Below, piece by piece: positions 1-10,101 of a DNA stretch of 64,000 nt. The notes below the pieces were generated by a model. The model was not told the origin of the DNA and searched no databases. It saw only the letters and a list, made by a program, of their open reading frames with translations. The stretch spans positions 218,973 to 282,972 of the forward strand of contig CAWGIZ010000011.1 in the NCBI GenBank assembly GCA_963822835.1. Reading direction: 5' to 3'. The DNA is from an uncultured Alphaproteobacteria bacterium (GTDB lineage: Bacteria > Pseudomonadota > Alphaproteobacteria > CAVTAV01). How positions within the stretch are numbered: the stretch's first letter is position 1; the number at the start of each line of letters is the position of its first letter. The position numbers and the translations under genes were made by a program.

Positions 1-93
1 GCGGGCGTGGAAGCGGACAATACGAGAGTGCTGCCGACCAAGCCGCTGGCCTCCGCGCCAACCGACTACGAGGAATGCCTCGCCTGCCAGTAA
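1..93 (+). CDS. nrdA: 3' end of class I ribonucleotide reductase alpha subunit (partial)
   Basis: Open from base 1 to TAA at 91-93. The peptide ends ...PTDYEECLACQ*, a C-terminal Cys-x-x-Cys tail typical of class I large subunits. It lies 57 bp upstream of nrdB. Confidence 0.6.
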   Translation, partial: AGVEADNTRVLPTKPLASAPTDYEECLACQ

Positions 94-150
94 GGCGCAT
101 TCCCGAACCCGCGCCGCCTTCCGCCCATTCTTGAGAGTCTAGAATTCGTC

Positions 151-1200
151 ATGAACGCGCTTATCGAACGTCCCGGCACCGTCGGCCTTCTCACGCCCAA
201 GCACAGCTACAAGCCGTTCCGGTATCCCTGGGCCTATGATCTCTGGAAGCGCCAGCAGCAGGTGCACTGGCTGCCGGAGGAAGTGCCTCTGGGCGACGAT
301 TGCAAAGATTGGGCAGGGCGCCTGAATGATTCCGAGCGCAATCTGCTGACCCAGATCTTCCGCTTCTTCACCCAGTCGGACGTCGAGGTGAACGACAACT
401 ACATGGAGCGCTACGCCCGCGTCTTCAAACCGACCGAAGTGAAGATGATGCTGTCGGCCTTCTCGAATATCGAGACGGTGCACATCGCGGCCTATGCGTT
501 GCTGCTGGAGACCATCGGTCTGCCGGATTCCGAATTCGCCGCCTTCCTCGAATACAAGGAAATGGCGGACAAGCATTCCTATATGCAGGAATTCGGCGTC
601 GACACGCATGAGGACATTCTGCGCACGCTCGCCATGTTCGGCGGCTTCACGGAAGGGCTGCAACTGTTCGCGAGCTTCGCGATGCTGCTGAACTTCCCGC
701 GCCACAACAAGATGAAGGGCATGGGCCAGATCGTATCCTGGTCGGTGCGCGACGAAAGCATGCATTGCGAAGGCATGATCAAGCTGTTCCACACCTTCGC
801 GAAGGAAACCGGCGCCCTGAACCAGTCGGTGAAGGACGATATCGTCGACTGCTGCAAGACCGTCGTCGGCCTCGAGGACAAGTTCATCGACCTCGCCTTC
901 GGCATGGGTCCGGTCGAGGGCATGACGCCCGAGGACATCAAGAAATACATCCGCTATATCGCGGACTGGCGGCTCGGCCAGCTGGAGCTTCCCGCGGTCT
1001 ACGGCGTCAAGACGCATCCGCTGCCGTGGCTGACGGAAATCCTGAACGGCGTCGAGCACGCGAATTTCTTCGAAGCCCGCGCGACGGAATATTCCAAGGC
1101 CGCGACCCGCGGATCCTGGCACGGCGACGACAGCGCCTGGACCAAATTCGACCGCATGATGGACGCCAGACGCGCATTCGACCCCACGTCGGTGAACTGA
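151..1200 (+). CDS. nrdB: ribonucleotide-diphosphate reductase beta subunit (class Ia type, di-iron/tyrosyl radical)
   Basis: 349-aa ORF with ferritin-like R2 motifs (SNIETVHIAAY has ExxH followed by Tyr at +4; VRDESMHCEG). The long antisense ORF 139-1284 is a GC-shadow. Confidence 0.9.
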   Translation: MNALIERPGTVGLLTPKHSYKPFRYPWAYDLWKRQQQVHWLPEEVPLGDDCKDWAGRLNDSERNLLTQIFRFFTQSDVEVNDNYMERYARVFKPTEVKMMLSAFSNIETVHIAAYALLLETIGLPDSEFAAFLEYKEMADKHSYMQEFGVDTHEDILRTLAMFGGFTEGLQLFASFAMLLNFPRHNKMKGMGQIVSWSVRDESMHCEGMIKLFHTFAKETGALNQSVKDDIVDCCKTVVGLEDKFIDLAFGMGPVEGMTPEDIKKYIRYIADWRLGQLELPAVYGVKTHPLPWLTEILNGVEHANFFEARATEYSKAATRGSWHGDDSAWTKFDRMMDARRAFDPTSVN

Positions 1201-1465
1201 TCGCTCCAGCGATCCCGACCCGCTCGCTTCACCGGTCGTCTTCGAAACGCTGCCCTTGGCGGACAAGACCTGATGGGAGGCCATAGGCTTTGCATCGGCT
1301 GCGGGCTGCGGTTGACCTTTGGTCGTCAGGTCCGGAGGCCGGTCTTCTCACCGGCTTGTTCGAGAAGAATTACATCTTCCCTGTCATGGACCGAGCGGCG
1401 AAACTGCGCGTCCGCGCCCCTCGCCGGTAACCCGTCACCAGTAACCCGCCGTCAGGAAACCGCCC

Positions 1466-1876
1466 ATGCCCGCGTTCATCGACCCCGTCCGCATTCGTTT
1501 CGCCTATGTCGATCCGGCGGGCATCGTGTTCTACGCGCGCTATTTCGAGATCATCAACCGGGTGATGGAGGACTGGTTCCGCGAGGGCATCAAACACGAA
1601 TTTCATATCCTCGACGAGAATGACCGTGTCGGCACGCCGCTTCTTCATATCGAGGCGGATTTCATGAAGCCGAGCTATCTCAATGACGTCGTCGAATTCC
1701 GTCTGACGGTCGAGGCGATCGGCCGCACATCCTTCACCGTCAGGCACGAGGCCTGGCTTGGCGATGAATTACGGCTGCGGATGAAGGCCGTCCATGCCTT
1801 CGTCGATTTCGGCCAGAAGAAGTCCGTGCCCATCCCGGACGACATACGCGAGCGGATGCAAACCTTCATGGTCTGA
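1466..1876 (+). CDS. hotdog-fold acyl-CoA thioesterase (YbgC/4HBT family)
   Basis: 136 aa. The N-terminal VRIRFAYVDPAGIVFYARYF motif is typical of the 4-hydroxybenzoyl-CoA thioesterase family. Confidence 0.75.
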   Translation: MPAFIDPVRIRFAYVDPAGIVFYARYFEIINRVMEDWFREGIKHEFHILDENDRVGTPLLHIEADFMKPSYLNDVVEFRLTVEAIGRTSFTVRHEAWLGDELRLRMKAVHAFVDFGQKKSVPIPDDIRERMQTFMV

Positions 1877-1879
1877 GCG

Positions 1880-2668
1880 ATGAAGCGGCTATATTTCGTC
1901 CTCTGTCTTCTCACAGCGCAGTTCATCGGCATACCGTTCGCGCGCGCCGAGAACTGGGAGGCGTTGAAGATCTTCAGCGGGTTCGATTACTCGTCCGGCA
2001 AATACGGCGAGACGACGAACACCGACATTCTCTACCTGCCGGTATCGGTCAAATACGAAACCGGACCGTGGGCGCTCCGCGCGACGACGTCCTACATCCA
2101 TATCCGGGGACCCGCCAATGTGGTCGGCGGCGGCGAGGTCGGCAGCGTCGTGACCAATGTCGCCAGCACGGGAGAGGTGTCTCGGTCCGGCCCCGGCGAT
2201 GTTCTCCTCGGCGTCACCTACAGCCTGGACTCGCTGTGGCGGAAAGCGCTGTTCATCGACTTCACCGGCAAGGTGAAACTGCCGACCGCCAGCGCGTCCA
2301 AGGGTCTCGGTACCGGCAAGACGGATTTCACCGCCCAGCTCGACGTCGCCAAGACCTGGGGGCGCGTCACGCCCTTCGTCACGCTCGCCTACCGGATCAT
2401 CGGCACGCCTCGGGCCTATCGGCTGCGCAACGCCTGGAACGCATCCGTCGGCCTGCAATATACGGTCAGCCATGTGGTCGGGACCGGACTGTCCTTCGAC
2501 TACCGCCAGTCCGTCTCGCCCACGGGCACCGATCCGCGCGAGCTCTTCGGTTATGTCACCGTGGCGATCAGCCAGAAGTGGTCGCTGGATTTCTATGGCG
2601 TCGCCGGCCTGTCCGATGGCAGCCCGGATGCGGGCGGCGGCATTCAGATCACGTTCCGCTCGCACTGA
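1880..2668 (+). CDS. outer-membrane beta-barrel protein (MetA-pathway/transporter-like family)
   Basis: 262 aa with a signal peptide (MKRLYFVLCLLTAQFIGIPFARA), alternating beta-strand pattern and a C-terminal aromatic (ITFRSH). Starts 4 bp after the thioesterase. Confidence 0.6.
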   Translation: MKRLYFVLCLLTAQFIGIPFARAENWEALKIFSGFDYSSGKYGETTNTDILYLPVSVKYETGPWALRATTSYIHIRGPANVVGGGEVGSVVTNVASTGEVSRSGPGDVLLGVTYSLDSLWRKALFIDFTGKVKLPTASASKGLGTGKTDFTAQLDVAKTWGRVTPFVTLAYRIIGTPRAYRLRNAWNASVGLQYTVSHVVGTGLSFDYRQSVSPTGTDPRELFGYVTVAISQKWSLDFYGVAGLSDGSPDAGGGIQITFRSH

Positions 2669-3545
2669 CCGGCTCGTCGTCCTCGCCCGCCACCGTTTCC
2701 GGCGTGCTGTAGAAATAGACGCCGAAACTCATGCGGTGGCGCGCATCGGGATCGCCCTCATCCGACTGGGCGCGCCCGAGGGCCTCGCGGTTCATCGAAA
2801 GAAGCGCCTCCATGCCGATGCGCCGCGCCGCCTCGCCCAGAGCGTCGGCGGAAACGGCGCTCAGATGATCGTAATAGACCGTGCGCTCGAGGAAGGGCGG
2901 GATTCGCCCGGCGAGATTATCTCCCGCCGCGGCAATATGATCGCTGACGTCCCGGCCGAAGAAATAGGCCTTCTCGTCGAAACCTTTTTCCGGCGTGAAC
3001 GCCTGGGGATCGAGACAGACCCGGCCCGCCGCGTCGATCCGGGCGATGCCGAGCCTCAGCCATTCGTCGAGCACCGCGCGTGGGCGCACATCCGTGCTCA
3101 CGCTCGCGACCAGTCCGTCGAAGCTCGGTGCTTCCGGACTGTCGGCACTGCGCGGCAGCGGGAGCGGATGGCCGTCGGCGTCGAGATAACGGGGCGAACC
3201 TGTCCACAGCAGCACGAGCTGGCCGCCGAGGCCGATGACGGGCGGGGTTTGATCGATATGATCGGGATCGGCGCGCAGCCGGCGGACGTCCTTCCGGTGC
3301 ACCCCGGTCATCAGGCTGATGCGGCTGTCGCTGATACGGCCTTCGCCCTCGCCGAACGCGGCCTCGGCCGTCAAGGCGGCTTCCGCCATCTCGACATAGA
3401 CGCTTTTCAGCATCGCGGCGAGATAGGGAAAGGACAGGCCGTGGGCGATCAGAACACGGACCAGAGGCCGCAACACCCGCCTCAAAGCCCTGACCAGCGC
3501 CTCCGGCGGCTGGATCGCATGTTCCGGTGCAGATGCTGGATTCAT
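2649..3545 (-). CDS. conserved hypothetical protein with an HTH-like segment
   Basis: ORF 2649-3614; the likely start is MNPASAPE at 3545. Contains ISLMTGVHRKDVRRL (helix-turn-helix-like). I do not recognise the family. Confidence 0.45.
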   Translation of the reverse strand: MNPASAPEHAIQPPEALVRALRRVLRPLVRVLIAHGLSFPYLAAMLKSVYVEMAEAALTAEAAFGEGEGRISDSRISLMTGVHRKDVRRLRADPDHIDQTPPVIGLGGQLVLLWTGSPRYLDADGHPLPLPRSADSPEAPSFDGLVASVSTDVRPRAVLDEWLRLGIARIDAAGRVCLDPQAFTPEKGFDEKAYFFGRDVSDHIAAAGDNLAGRIPPFLERTVYYDHLSAVSADALGEAARRIGMEALLSMNREALGRAQSDEGDPDARHRMSFGVYFYSTPETVAGEDDEPVSASGT

Positions 3546-3731
3546 AACGGAATTTTCTTGACTTTCGAGGCTCGGATTCCGTATGGTAATATCAAGTGGG
3601 AAAAAATCCCACAATAAAATTCGACAGGCAGAGATCGTTGTGTTGTACGGAGCGCGTCAAACGCCCGCCCGCGTGCCTCGGGAGAGGGCCGGGTCGTTTA
3701 GTGTAACTGCGTTTGTTTCGAGGGTTCCGTC

Positions 3732-4562
3732 ATGTCGACGAGTATGTGTCGATCCATCCTGCTCTCCGGCTGCCTTGCCGCGGCGGGTCTTTCCACCGCG
3801 CTGACAGCGGAAGCCGCGTCGGCGCAACAGGCCAGCACGACGCCGTACACCGAATATGTCGTTCACGCGATGCCGCCGCTCGGCGCTGCGGGACAGGTGA
3901 GCGCGGGCGACCTGCATGGACAGTTGATGGAGCTCATCCAGGCGCAGGCGCCGACGATCGAGACTCTCCGTCAGCAGGATCAGGCCTTGCGGGACAAGCA
4001 ACAGCCAACGCTCGACCGGCTGAACGCCGAAGTTCAGGCCCTGCTCGAATCCCAGCACGAGACCCGCGACGCCCTGGCCCGGCAGCTTCAGGCGGTGCGC
4101 GACGAGCAGACCGCCTATCTCAATCTCCATCCCGACGCGAGCGAACAGGACAAGGCGGCGCTCCGCGCCCAGATGCAGGCGGTCAAGGATCAGCAGCGCC
4201 CGGTGCGCGAGAAGATGAAATCCGATCTCCTGACATTGATCGACCATCAAAAGCCCGAGCGCGACGCGCTTCGCGACGAACGTCTCCGGCTGCGCGAGGA
4301 CCAGATGCCGGTCCGCAACGCGCTTCTCTCGGCGCGCGAGGATATCGAAACGCAGATCGCCGCCGCTGACGACGCGGATGCGGGAAGCGGCATCGCCGAC
4401 GCGGGACAGACTCTCGCGCCGCTCTCCTCCGGTATCGCAGGGCTCGAGCAGATGACCGCGCCACGGCCGGCGCTGGCGCCAGCCTTCAACAAGCAGCCCA
4501 TCGGCGACATGCCCGTGCGCCTCGATCTTCCGGAACAGCCGGGTACGGTCGGCACGCGGTAA
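3732..4562 (+). CDS. secreted coiled-coil protein, Gln/Arg/Asp-rich (hypothetical)
   Basis: 276 aa with a signal peptide ending AEAASA and repetitive heptad-like Q/L/R/D segments. Followed by a rho-independent terminator. Confidence 0.5.
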   Translation: MSTSMCRSILLSGCLAAAGLSTALTAEAASAQQASTTPYTEYVVHAMPPLGAAGQVSAGDLHGQLMELIQAQAPTIETLRQQDQALRDKQQPTLDRLNAEVQALLESQHETRDALARQLQAVRDEQTAYLNLHPDASEQDKAALRAQMQAVKDQQRPVREKMKSDLLTLIDHQKPERDALRDERLRLREDQMPVRNALLSAREDIETQIAAADDADAGSGIADAGQTLAPLSSGIAGLEQMTAPRPALAPAFNKQPIGDMPVRLDLPEQPGTVGTR

Positions 4563-4608
4563 GAATTTCTGGACGGCTCTCCCCTCGGAGACAGTGCCAT
4601 GGTCTCCC

Positions 4609-4639
4609 CGGCGGCCCGTAAAACGGCCGCCGTTTCTTT
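4609..4639 (+). terminator. rho-independent terminator
   Basis: Perfect 8-bp stem CGGCGGCC/GGCCGCCG, 8-nt loop, then TTTCTTTA, 47 bp after the stop at 4562. Confidence 0.7.
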
Positions 4640-4705
4640 ATCGTGCGCAATTCCGTCTTGCCGCCCCCTGCCGAGCCCTTACATTGTGCCCCGAAGGGAG
4701 CCCGT

Positions 4706-6766
4706 ATGACCAAGACCGCCAGGAAGACCGTCCGCCAGACCCCGAACCGCTCGCCGATCGACAAGCTGGTCGCCGATGTCATCAAGGCCGGCATCGATCT
4801 GCCGCCGCACGAGATCCGCGATCGCATCTATGGGATCGCCGCCGCCGCGATGCCGGCCGCGCGGCCGATCCCGCTGGACGTGCTCTCTCCGGATATCAAG
4901 GACGGACCGCTCGCGGACAGGCTGCGCGCCGCCTGCCGCAAACTCGCGGACGGCTTCGCGAAGGCCAATGTGCCCGGCGACCGAAAGCCGCGCCTCGCGG
5001 CCCTGCGCAAGGTTCTGAAGGCGCGCAAGCTCGACGGTTTCGTCGTGCCGCTCTCGGACGAGCATCAGAGCGAATATGTGTCCTGGCACGCCTCGCGTCT
5101 GGTCTGGTTGACGGGCTTCTCGGGTTCGGCCGGTCAGGCGGTCGTGCTTGCCCGCAAGGCGGCCGTCTTCGTCGACGGACGCTATGTGCTGCAGGTCGCC
5201 AAGCAGGTCGATCCCAAGCTGTTCGAGCCCGTCCATATCGCGGACCGGTCGTCCTATGACTGGATCGCCGCGAACCTCCCTAAAGGTGCGAAACTCGGAT
5301 ACGACCCCTGGCTTCACACCGAGCGTCAGGTGACGGCTCTGAAGTCGGCCTGCGACAAGGCGGGCGCGGCGCTCGTCGCGGTGGACCGCAACCCTGTCGA
5401 CGAAATCTGGAGCGACCAGCCGCCGCCGCCGTTGGGGCGCGTCATCGTTCACGACACGCGCTTCGCGGGCGAGGCCGCGCCGCACAAGCTCGCCCGTATC
5501 GCCAGATCCTTGCGCGAGCGAGGCGTCGCGGCGGCCTTCCTGAGCGCGCCGGATTCGATCGCCTGGCTGCTGAATGTCCGGGGCAGCGACGCCCCCTGCA
5601 CGCCACTCCCCAATTCCTTTGCCCTTGTCGACGCGGGAGGCACGGTCGACTGGTTCATGGATTCCCGCAAGCTGGCCAACGGCGCATCCAGGGCGCTCGG
5701 CAAGAAGGTCCGGCTTCATGACGTCAAGACGCTCGGCGAGAGCCTCAAGCGTTACGGCAAGTCGGGCGGCGTTATCGTCGATCCGTCGCAGGCCCCGTAC
5801 TGGGTGATCCGTCAGCTCGAGAAATCCGAGATCAAGGTCGTACGCAGCGACGATCCCTGCCTGCTGCCCAAGGCCTGCAAGAACGAGGTCGAGGTTGCCG
5901 GCATGCGCGCCGCCCACGAGCGCGACGGCGCCGCGCTGACGCGCTTCCTCGCCTGGCTGGACCATGAAGGCCCCGGCGGCGGGATCGACGAACTCTCGGC
6001 GGCGCAGAAGCTCGAGGACTTCCGCGCCGAGGATCCCGCCTTCCGCGACCTCTCCTTCCCGACGATCACCGGCGCTGGACCAAACGGCGCGATCGTGCAC
6101 TACCGCGCGACCCGGAAGTCCAACCGGCGGATCACGCCCGGCATGCTCTATCTCGTCGATTCAGGCGCGCAATATGCCGACGGCACGACGGACGTCACCC
6201 GCACCGTGGCGATCGGCAATGTCGGCAAGGAAGAGCGCGACCGGTTCACCCGCGTGCTCAAGGGCCATATCGCGATCGCGTCCAGCCGTTTCCCGTCGGG
6301 CACCAATGGCAGCCAGCTCGACGCGATGGCGCGGCAATATCTCTGGCAGGCCGGGCTGGATTACGATCACGGCACCGGCCACGGCGTGGGCAGCTATTTA
6401 TGCGTCCATGAAGGGCCGCAGCGGATCTCGAAGTTGGGCATGTCGGCCTCGCTGCAGCCGGGCATGATCGTGTCCAACGAACCCGGCTATTACAAGACCG
6501 GGGCTTACGGCATCCGTATCGAAAATCTGGTGGCGGTTACGCCGGCGAGCGATGTGAAAGGCGGCGAGCGGCCCATGCTTGGCTTCGAGACCATCACGCT
6601 CGCGCCGATCGACCGCAACCTGATCGATCCCGGACTGCTGACGATCGACGAGCTCGGCTGGCTGAACGCCTATCATGCCGAGGTGAAGAAGCGTCTCACG
6701 CCGCGCCTGGACCGCGCGACGGCGAAATGGCTGCGGGCCGCGACGGCCCCGATCGCGAAGCGTTAG
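4706..6766 (+). CDS. pepP: Xaa-Pro aminopeptidase (M24B, aminopeptidase P family)
   Basis: ORF 4643-6766. Creatinase-like N-domains (LDGFVVPLSDEHQSEYV) and an M24 catalytic core (HGTGHGVG, SNEPGYY). The start is uncertain; ATG 4706 was chosen because the terminator ends at 4639. Confidence 0.85.
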   Translation: MTKTARKTVRQTPNRSPIDKLVADVIKAGIDLPPHEIRDRIYGIAAAAMPAARPIPLDVLSPDIKDGPLADRLRAACRKLADGFAKANVPGDRKPRLAALRKVLKARKLDGFVVPLSDEHQSEYVSWHASRLVWLTGFSGSAGQAVVLARKAAVFVDGRYVLQVAKQVDPKLFEPVHIADRSSYDWIAANLPKGAKLGYDPWLHTERQVTALKSACDKAGAALVAVDRNPVDEIWSDQPPPPLGRVIVHDTRFAGEAAPHKLARIARSLRERGVAAAFLSAPDSIAWLLNVRGSDAPCTPLPNSFALVDAGGTVDWFMDSRKLANGASRALGKKVRLHDVKTLGESLKRYGKSGGVIVDPSQAPYWVIRQLEKSEIKVVRSDDPCLLPKACKNEVEVAGMRAAHERDGAALTRFLAWLDHEGPGGGIDELSAAQKLEDFRAEDPAFRDLSFPTITGAGPNGAIVHYRATRKSNRRITPGMLYLVDSGAQYADGTTDVTRTVAIGNVGKEERDRFTRVLKGHIAIASSRFPSGTNGSQLDAMARQYLWQAGLDYDHGTGHGVGSYLCVHEGPQRISKLGMSASLQPGMIVSNEPGYYKTGAYGIRIENLVAVTPASDVKGGERPMLGFETITLAPIDRNLIDPGLLTIDELGWLNAYHAEVKKRLTPRLDRATAKWLRAATAPIAKR

Positions 6767-6769
6767 AGC

Positions 6770-7876
6770 CTAGCGCCGCAGCGGCAGGCAGCCGACGCCG
6801 GAATCCTTCAGCTTGGCGCAGAGCGCCTGAGCGTCGCCGTAGCTGGCGAGCGTCCCGGCCTGCAGGCGGTAATAGACCCCCTTTTCGCCAAGATCGGCCC
6901 GCTCGACGAAACGCTTCAACCCGCCGAGAAGGTCGGGATGCGCCGCCGTGACGGACGCCCACATCGCCTCGGCCGCGTCTTCGGACCGGAGCGACGCAAG
7001 CTGAATGCCAAACCCGGAAAGCGCCGTATCGGCACCGGCCCGTTCGGCCGAGGGCGGCGGGGGCGGCGGCGTTGCCTCACGGACGGGTGCCGTTTGCACA
7101 CGCGCCGGCCTCGCGGGCGCGGCCGCTGTTCCACGTTCATCCGGCGGAACCCACTCGCTTGCGGGTGTCGATACCGGGGCCGCCTCGGCGACCTGTTCCG
7201 TCTGTGGCGCCACGGGTTGCTGCTCTGGCCGGGATGAATGTTCCGCCGCAGCGGCGGCAACGGTGTCGTCGCTTTCCTTCACGATCGCCGCCTCGCGTTC
7301 CTTGCCCCGGGCGATTTCCTGCATCGACATCTGGGATTCGACGGTCTGCTCGGCCTTCACGGCGTCAGGAAAGCCTTGCTGGGCGGCGAGCCTGATCCAG
7401 GCATAGGCCTCGACGCTGTCCTGCGGCACGAACTCGCCGTTGAAATAGACCACGCCGAGCATGTAGCGCGACAGCGTATTGCCGCGATAAGCCGCCTTTT
7501 TGAGCCATTCGATCCCCTTTTTGGGCGCGAACAGCTGACCCTTGCGATCGAGATAGAGCGAGGCGAGATTTCCCTGGGCGGGCACGTGGCCGAGTTCCGC
7601 CGCGCGCTCGTAATAGCTCTCTGCGACACGGACATCGGGCTTCACGCCCTTACCCAGCCGGTACACCTGTCCGAGATTGAACAGCGCCGCGGGATCGTTT
7701 TTTGCGGCGTCGGGCATCCATTCGTCGATCGCCTTCTTGTAATCGCCGGCGTTGTACGCCGCGACCCCTTCCTTGACGTCCGCAAGAGCGCCGGATCCCG
7801 CCAGCAGGCTGCCGGCAACCAGGCCGCCCGCCAGCAGTCTCGCGCCCGTGAGAAACACCGAACCTGTTCGTTTCAT
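6770..7876 (-). CDS. Sel1-repeat (TPR-like) protein with a C-terminal SPOR domain
   Basis: 368 aa with a signal/anchor segment, Sel1 repeats (AALFNLGQVYRLGKGV, AQGNLASLY), a Pro/Ala linker and a SPOR-like end (GFGIQLASLRSEDAAEAMW...YYRLQAG...AQALCAKLK). Confidence 0.75.
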   Translation of the reverse strand: MKRTGSVFLTGARLLAGGLVAGSLLAGSGALADVKEGVAAYNAGDYKKAIDEWMPDAAKNDPAALFNLGQVYRLGKGVKPDVRVAESYYERAAELGHVPAQGNLASLYLDRKGQLFAPKKGIEWLKKAAYRGNTLSRYMLGVVYFNGEFVPQDSVEAYAWIRLAAQQGFPDAVKAEQTVESQMSMQEIARGKEREAAIVKESDDTVAAAAAEHSSRPEQQPVAPQTEQVAEAAPVSTPASEWVPPDERGTAAAPARPARVQTAPVREATPPPPPPSAERAGADTALSGFGIQLASLRSEDAAEAMWASVTAAHPDLLGGLKRFVERADLGEKGVYYRLQAGTLASYGDAQALCAKLKDSGVGCLPLRR

Positions 7877-8307
7877 TGGCCTCTCCAGGATTCAGCCGGA
7901 CAGGACGAGACCGTCCGCCCCGGTTCCGCGCAGAGATCAACCGCCGGTCGCCCTTGGGAAGTTCTCCGCATTTTAACCATAGCAATAAATCGTCCCAAGC
8001 CAAGAATCCGTAAACTTTCCAACGGCATCGGGCGATATGGCACATAGACGCCCGGCACCGGGCCGTCAAGCCTTGGCTCCGAAACTAGGGTCAAAAAAAG
8101 ATTTAATAAAATCCGCAAGTTAGAGCGGGATTCCGGCCGCCGGCAGCGGACTTCATTTTACTGATTGTTAACAGGTTTCGACTTGAATGATCGGAGGTTT
8201 GGCCCATCCGGAGCGGGGTGGAGCGGGGGCTATTCGCGGCGCCGGACCGGGACGAGATTTCGCAGGCCAACACCGGCCGACGAGGGCACGGAAAGGATTT
8301 CAGCTAG

Positions 8308-9018
8308 ATGCGTGTTTTGGCGGTAGCCTCGCAGAAGGGCGGTTCGGGCAAGACGACTCTTGCCGGCCATATCGGCGTTCAGGCTCAGCTTGCCGGCGCG
8401 GGCCCGGTCGTCCTGATCGACACCGATCCTCAAGGCAGCCTCTCCGACTGGTGGAACGAGCGCCGCGCCCAGGCGCCGGCCTTTGCCCACACCACCGTAT
8501 CCCGCCTTGCGACCGACATCGAGGAATTGCGCGGCCGCGGCTTCAAGCTGGCCGTCATCGACACGCCGCCCGCGATCACCATGGCGATCCAGAACGTCAT
8601 CGCTGTGGCCGAACTCGTCGTCATCCCCACCCGGCCGAGCCCGCACGATCTGCGCGCCGCGGGCGCCACGGTGGAACTGGTGGAACGCGCCGGCAAACCG
8701 CTTGTCTTCGTCGTGAACGGTGCCGCCATGCGCGCCCGCATCACCTCGGACGCGGCCATCGCGCTCTCGCAGCACGGCACTGTCGCCCCGATCACCATTC
8801 ATCAGCGCACCGATTTCGCGGCCAGCATGATCGACGGCCGCACGGTGATGGAACTCGATCCCGGCTGCAAGTCGGCCGAGGAAATCCAGGCGCTCTGGGC
8901 CTATATCGGCGACCGGCTGGAACGCAATTTCCGCCGCACCGTCTTCCAGTCCAATGCCATCAAGCCGCGGGGCGCCCCGACGGCGGGCGCCGGCTTCGGC
9001 CGCCGCCAAGCGGTCTAG
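8308..9018 (+). CDS. orphan ParA/MinD-family ATPase
   Basis: 236 aa with a deviant Walker A (VASQKGGSGKTTLAGH), LIDTDPQGS and VIDTPP. No parB follows. Confidence 0.85.
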   Translation: MRVLAVASQKGGSGKTTLAGHIGVQAQLAGAGPVVLIDTDPQGSLSDWWNERRAQAPAFAHTTVSRLATDIEELRGRGFKLAVIDTPPAITMAIQNVIAVAELVVIPTRPSPHDLRAAGATVELVERAGKPLVFVVNGAAMRARITSDAAIALSQHGTVAPITIHQRTDFAASMIDGRTVMELDPGCKSAEEIQALWAYIGDRLERNFRRTVFQSNAIKPRGAPTAGAGFGRRQAV

Positions 9019-9040
9019 TCTGTCAGGAGAACGGCGTCCC

Positions 9041-9461
9041 ATGCAGTCGAAAGGCCCCGCCAATCTCAGCAGCTCGCTGCTCGCCCGCAAGGGTCAGGCA
9101 CTGCCTTCCCCGAGCGGCCGGTATTCGAGCATTCCGGCGAGTTTCTCGCGCACCGCGGCGAACGCGGCGGCGAACACCAACGAACAATCGGGTCCCCGTG
9201 CCGTCGTCCTTCCAGACGGCCGCACGCGCCGAGCCGGCGCTCGCCGGCGCGAAGCGTCCTGTCGGTGACGGCCCGCGCGTCGCCATGACGGTCCGGCTCG
9301 ACCACGACACCCATCGGCGTCTCCGGCTTCTGTCCGCTCATACCAACAAGAGCAGCCAGGAGATCTTCACCGAGGCGCTCGAAAGCTACATGCAATGCGA
9401 GTCCGCGAAAGTGACCGGCGAAGGCTGCGCCTGCCTCGCCAAATCACAGACCGCGAAATAA
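9041..9461 (+). pseudogene. small ParA-associated protein with a ribbon-helix-helix-like C-terminus, split over two frames
   Basis: ATG 9041 gives MQSKGPANLSSSLLARKGQALPS... and stops at 9268. The RHH-like end (VAMTVRLDHDTHRRLRLLSAHTNKSSQEIFTEALESYM...CACL, stop 9461) is in another frame. This is either one frameshifted gene or two small ORFs (the second from ATG 9285). Confidence 0.45.
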
Positions 9462-9483
9462 GGCAACCTTAAGGGATCCGGCT

Positions 9484-10077
9484 GTGGCGCCACGAGAACA
9501 CGTGCCTGAGTTCGACGACGAATACGGCGACGAGGAGGACGGCGACGTCACCGGCGCGGGATCGCTGCTGTCGATCAATATCCGCAACAAGAAGCTCGGC
9601 AATCCGACGATTACGGTGCGTCCGCGCACTCTGTCGGAGAAGCTGATCGATCACTGGAAATCCACGAAGGCGCAGAAGGGCTGGGTCGGTCAGGCCGACT
9701 TCTCCACGTCGGAACTCTCCGGGATCTGGAACCACTGCTTCGAGTTCGAACCCGAATTCCGCTCGCGGAACCTTCGCATCAAGCGGGTCGGCCGGATTCT
9801 GGACGGCGTCGCGGGCCTTGCCGAGACCGGCTATTCGCCCGCGCAGAACGACGTCATGGGCCGGATGCCCGAACTCGCCGGCATGCTCATCGACTGGCTC
9901 AAGACCCTCGCCAGCGAAAGCTACCAGACGCATGAGCCGATCTTCGAGCGCGATACGTTTCAGATGCTGTCCGGCAGCGTCAGCTATTCCTGCACCGTGG
10001 TCCCGATCACCAACCGCCAGTCAGTCCCCGTTTCCGTCATCGGCCTCATCGAGAGCGTCGACGGCAGCACCTTTTAA
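9484..10077 (+). CDS. hypothetical protein, acidic N-terminus, possibly a PAS_5-like fold
   Basis: 197-aa ORF with a GTG start, co-directional with the ParA-like gene. The pattern (LIDHW...GW.GQADF...L..IW.H.F) loosely resembles alphaproteobacterial PAS_5 proteins; this is not verified. Confidence 0.4.
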   Translation: MAPREHVPEFDDEYGDEEDGDVTGAGSLLSINIRNKKLGNPTITVRPRTLSEKLIDHWKSTKAQKGWVGQADFSTSELSGIWNHCFEFEPEFRSRNLRIKRVGRILDGVAGLAETGYSPAQNDVMGRMPELAGMLIDWLKTLASESYQTHEPIFERDTFQMLSGSVSYSCTVVPITNRQSVPVSVIGLIESVDGSTF

Positions 10078-10101
10078 GAAGGCCTCAATAGGTAGAAAAC
10101 C

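Noticed and set aside
139-1284. 381-aa ORF antisense to nrdB. Similar long antisense or out-of-frame ORFs occur at 8187-9461, 10021-11460, 13496-15793, 22650-24326, 26384-28537, 44744-45880, 49044-50468, 55756-57399, 57164-58762 and 62075-63487.
   Set aside because: These are Arg/Ala/Gly/Pro-rich, low-complexity translations with no recognisable motifs. Each lies opposite or out of frame with a strongly recognisable gene, which is typical of shadow ORFs in high-GC DNA.
8308-9461. Integrated plasmid or ICE partition locus (parAB).
   Set aside because: There is no ParB, replication, conjugation or integrase gene nearby, no centromere-like repeats are seen, and composition matches the flanks.
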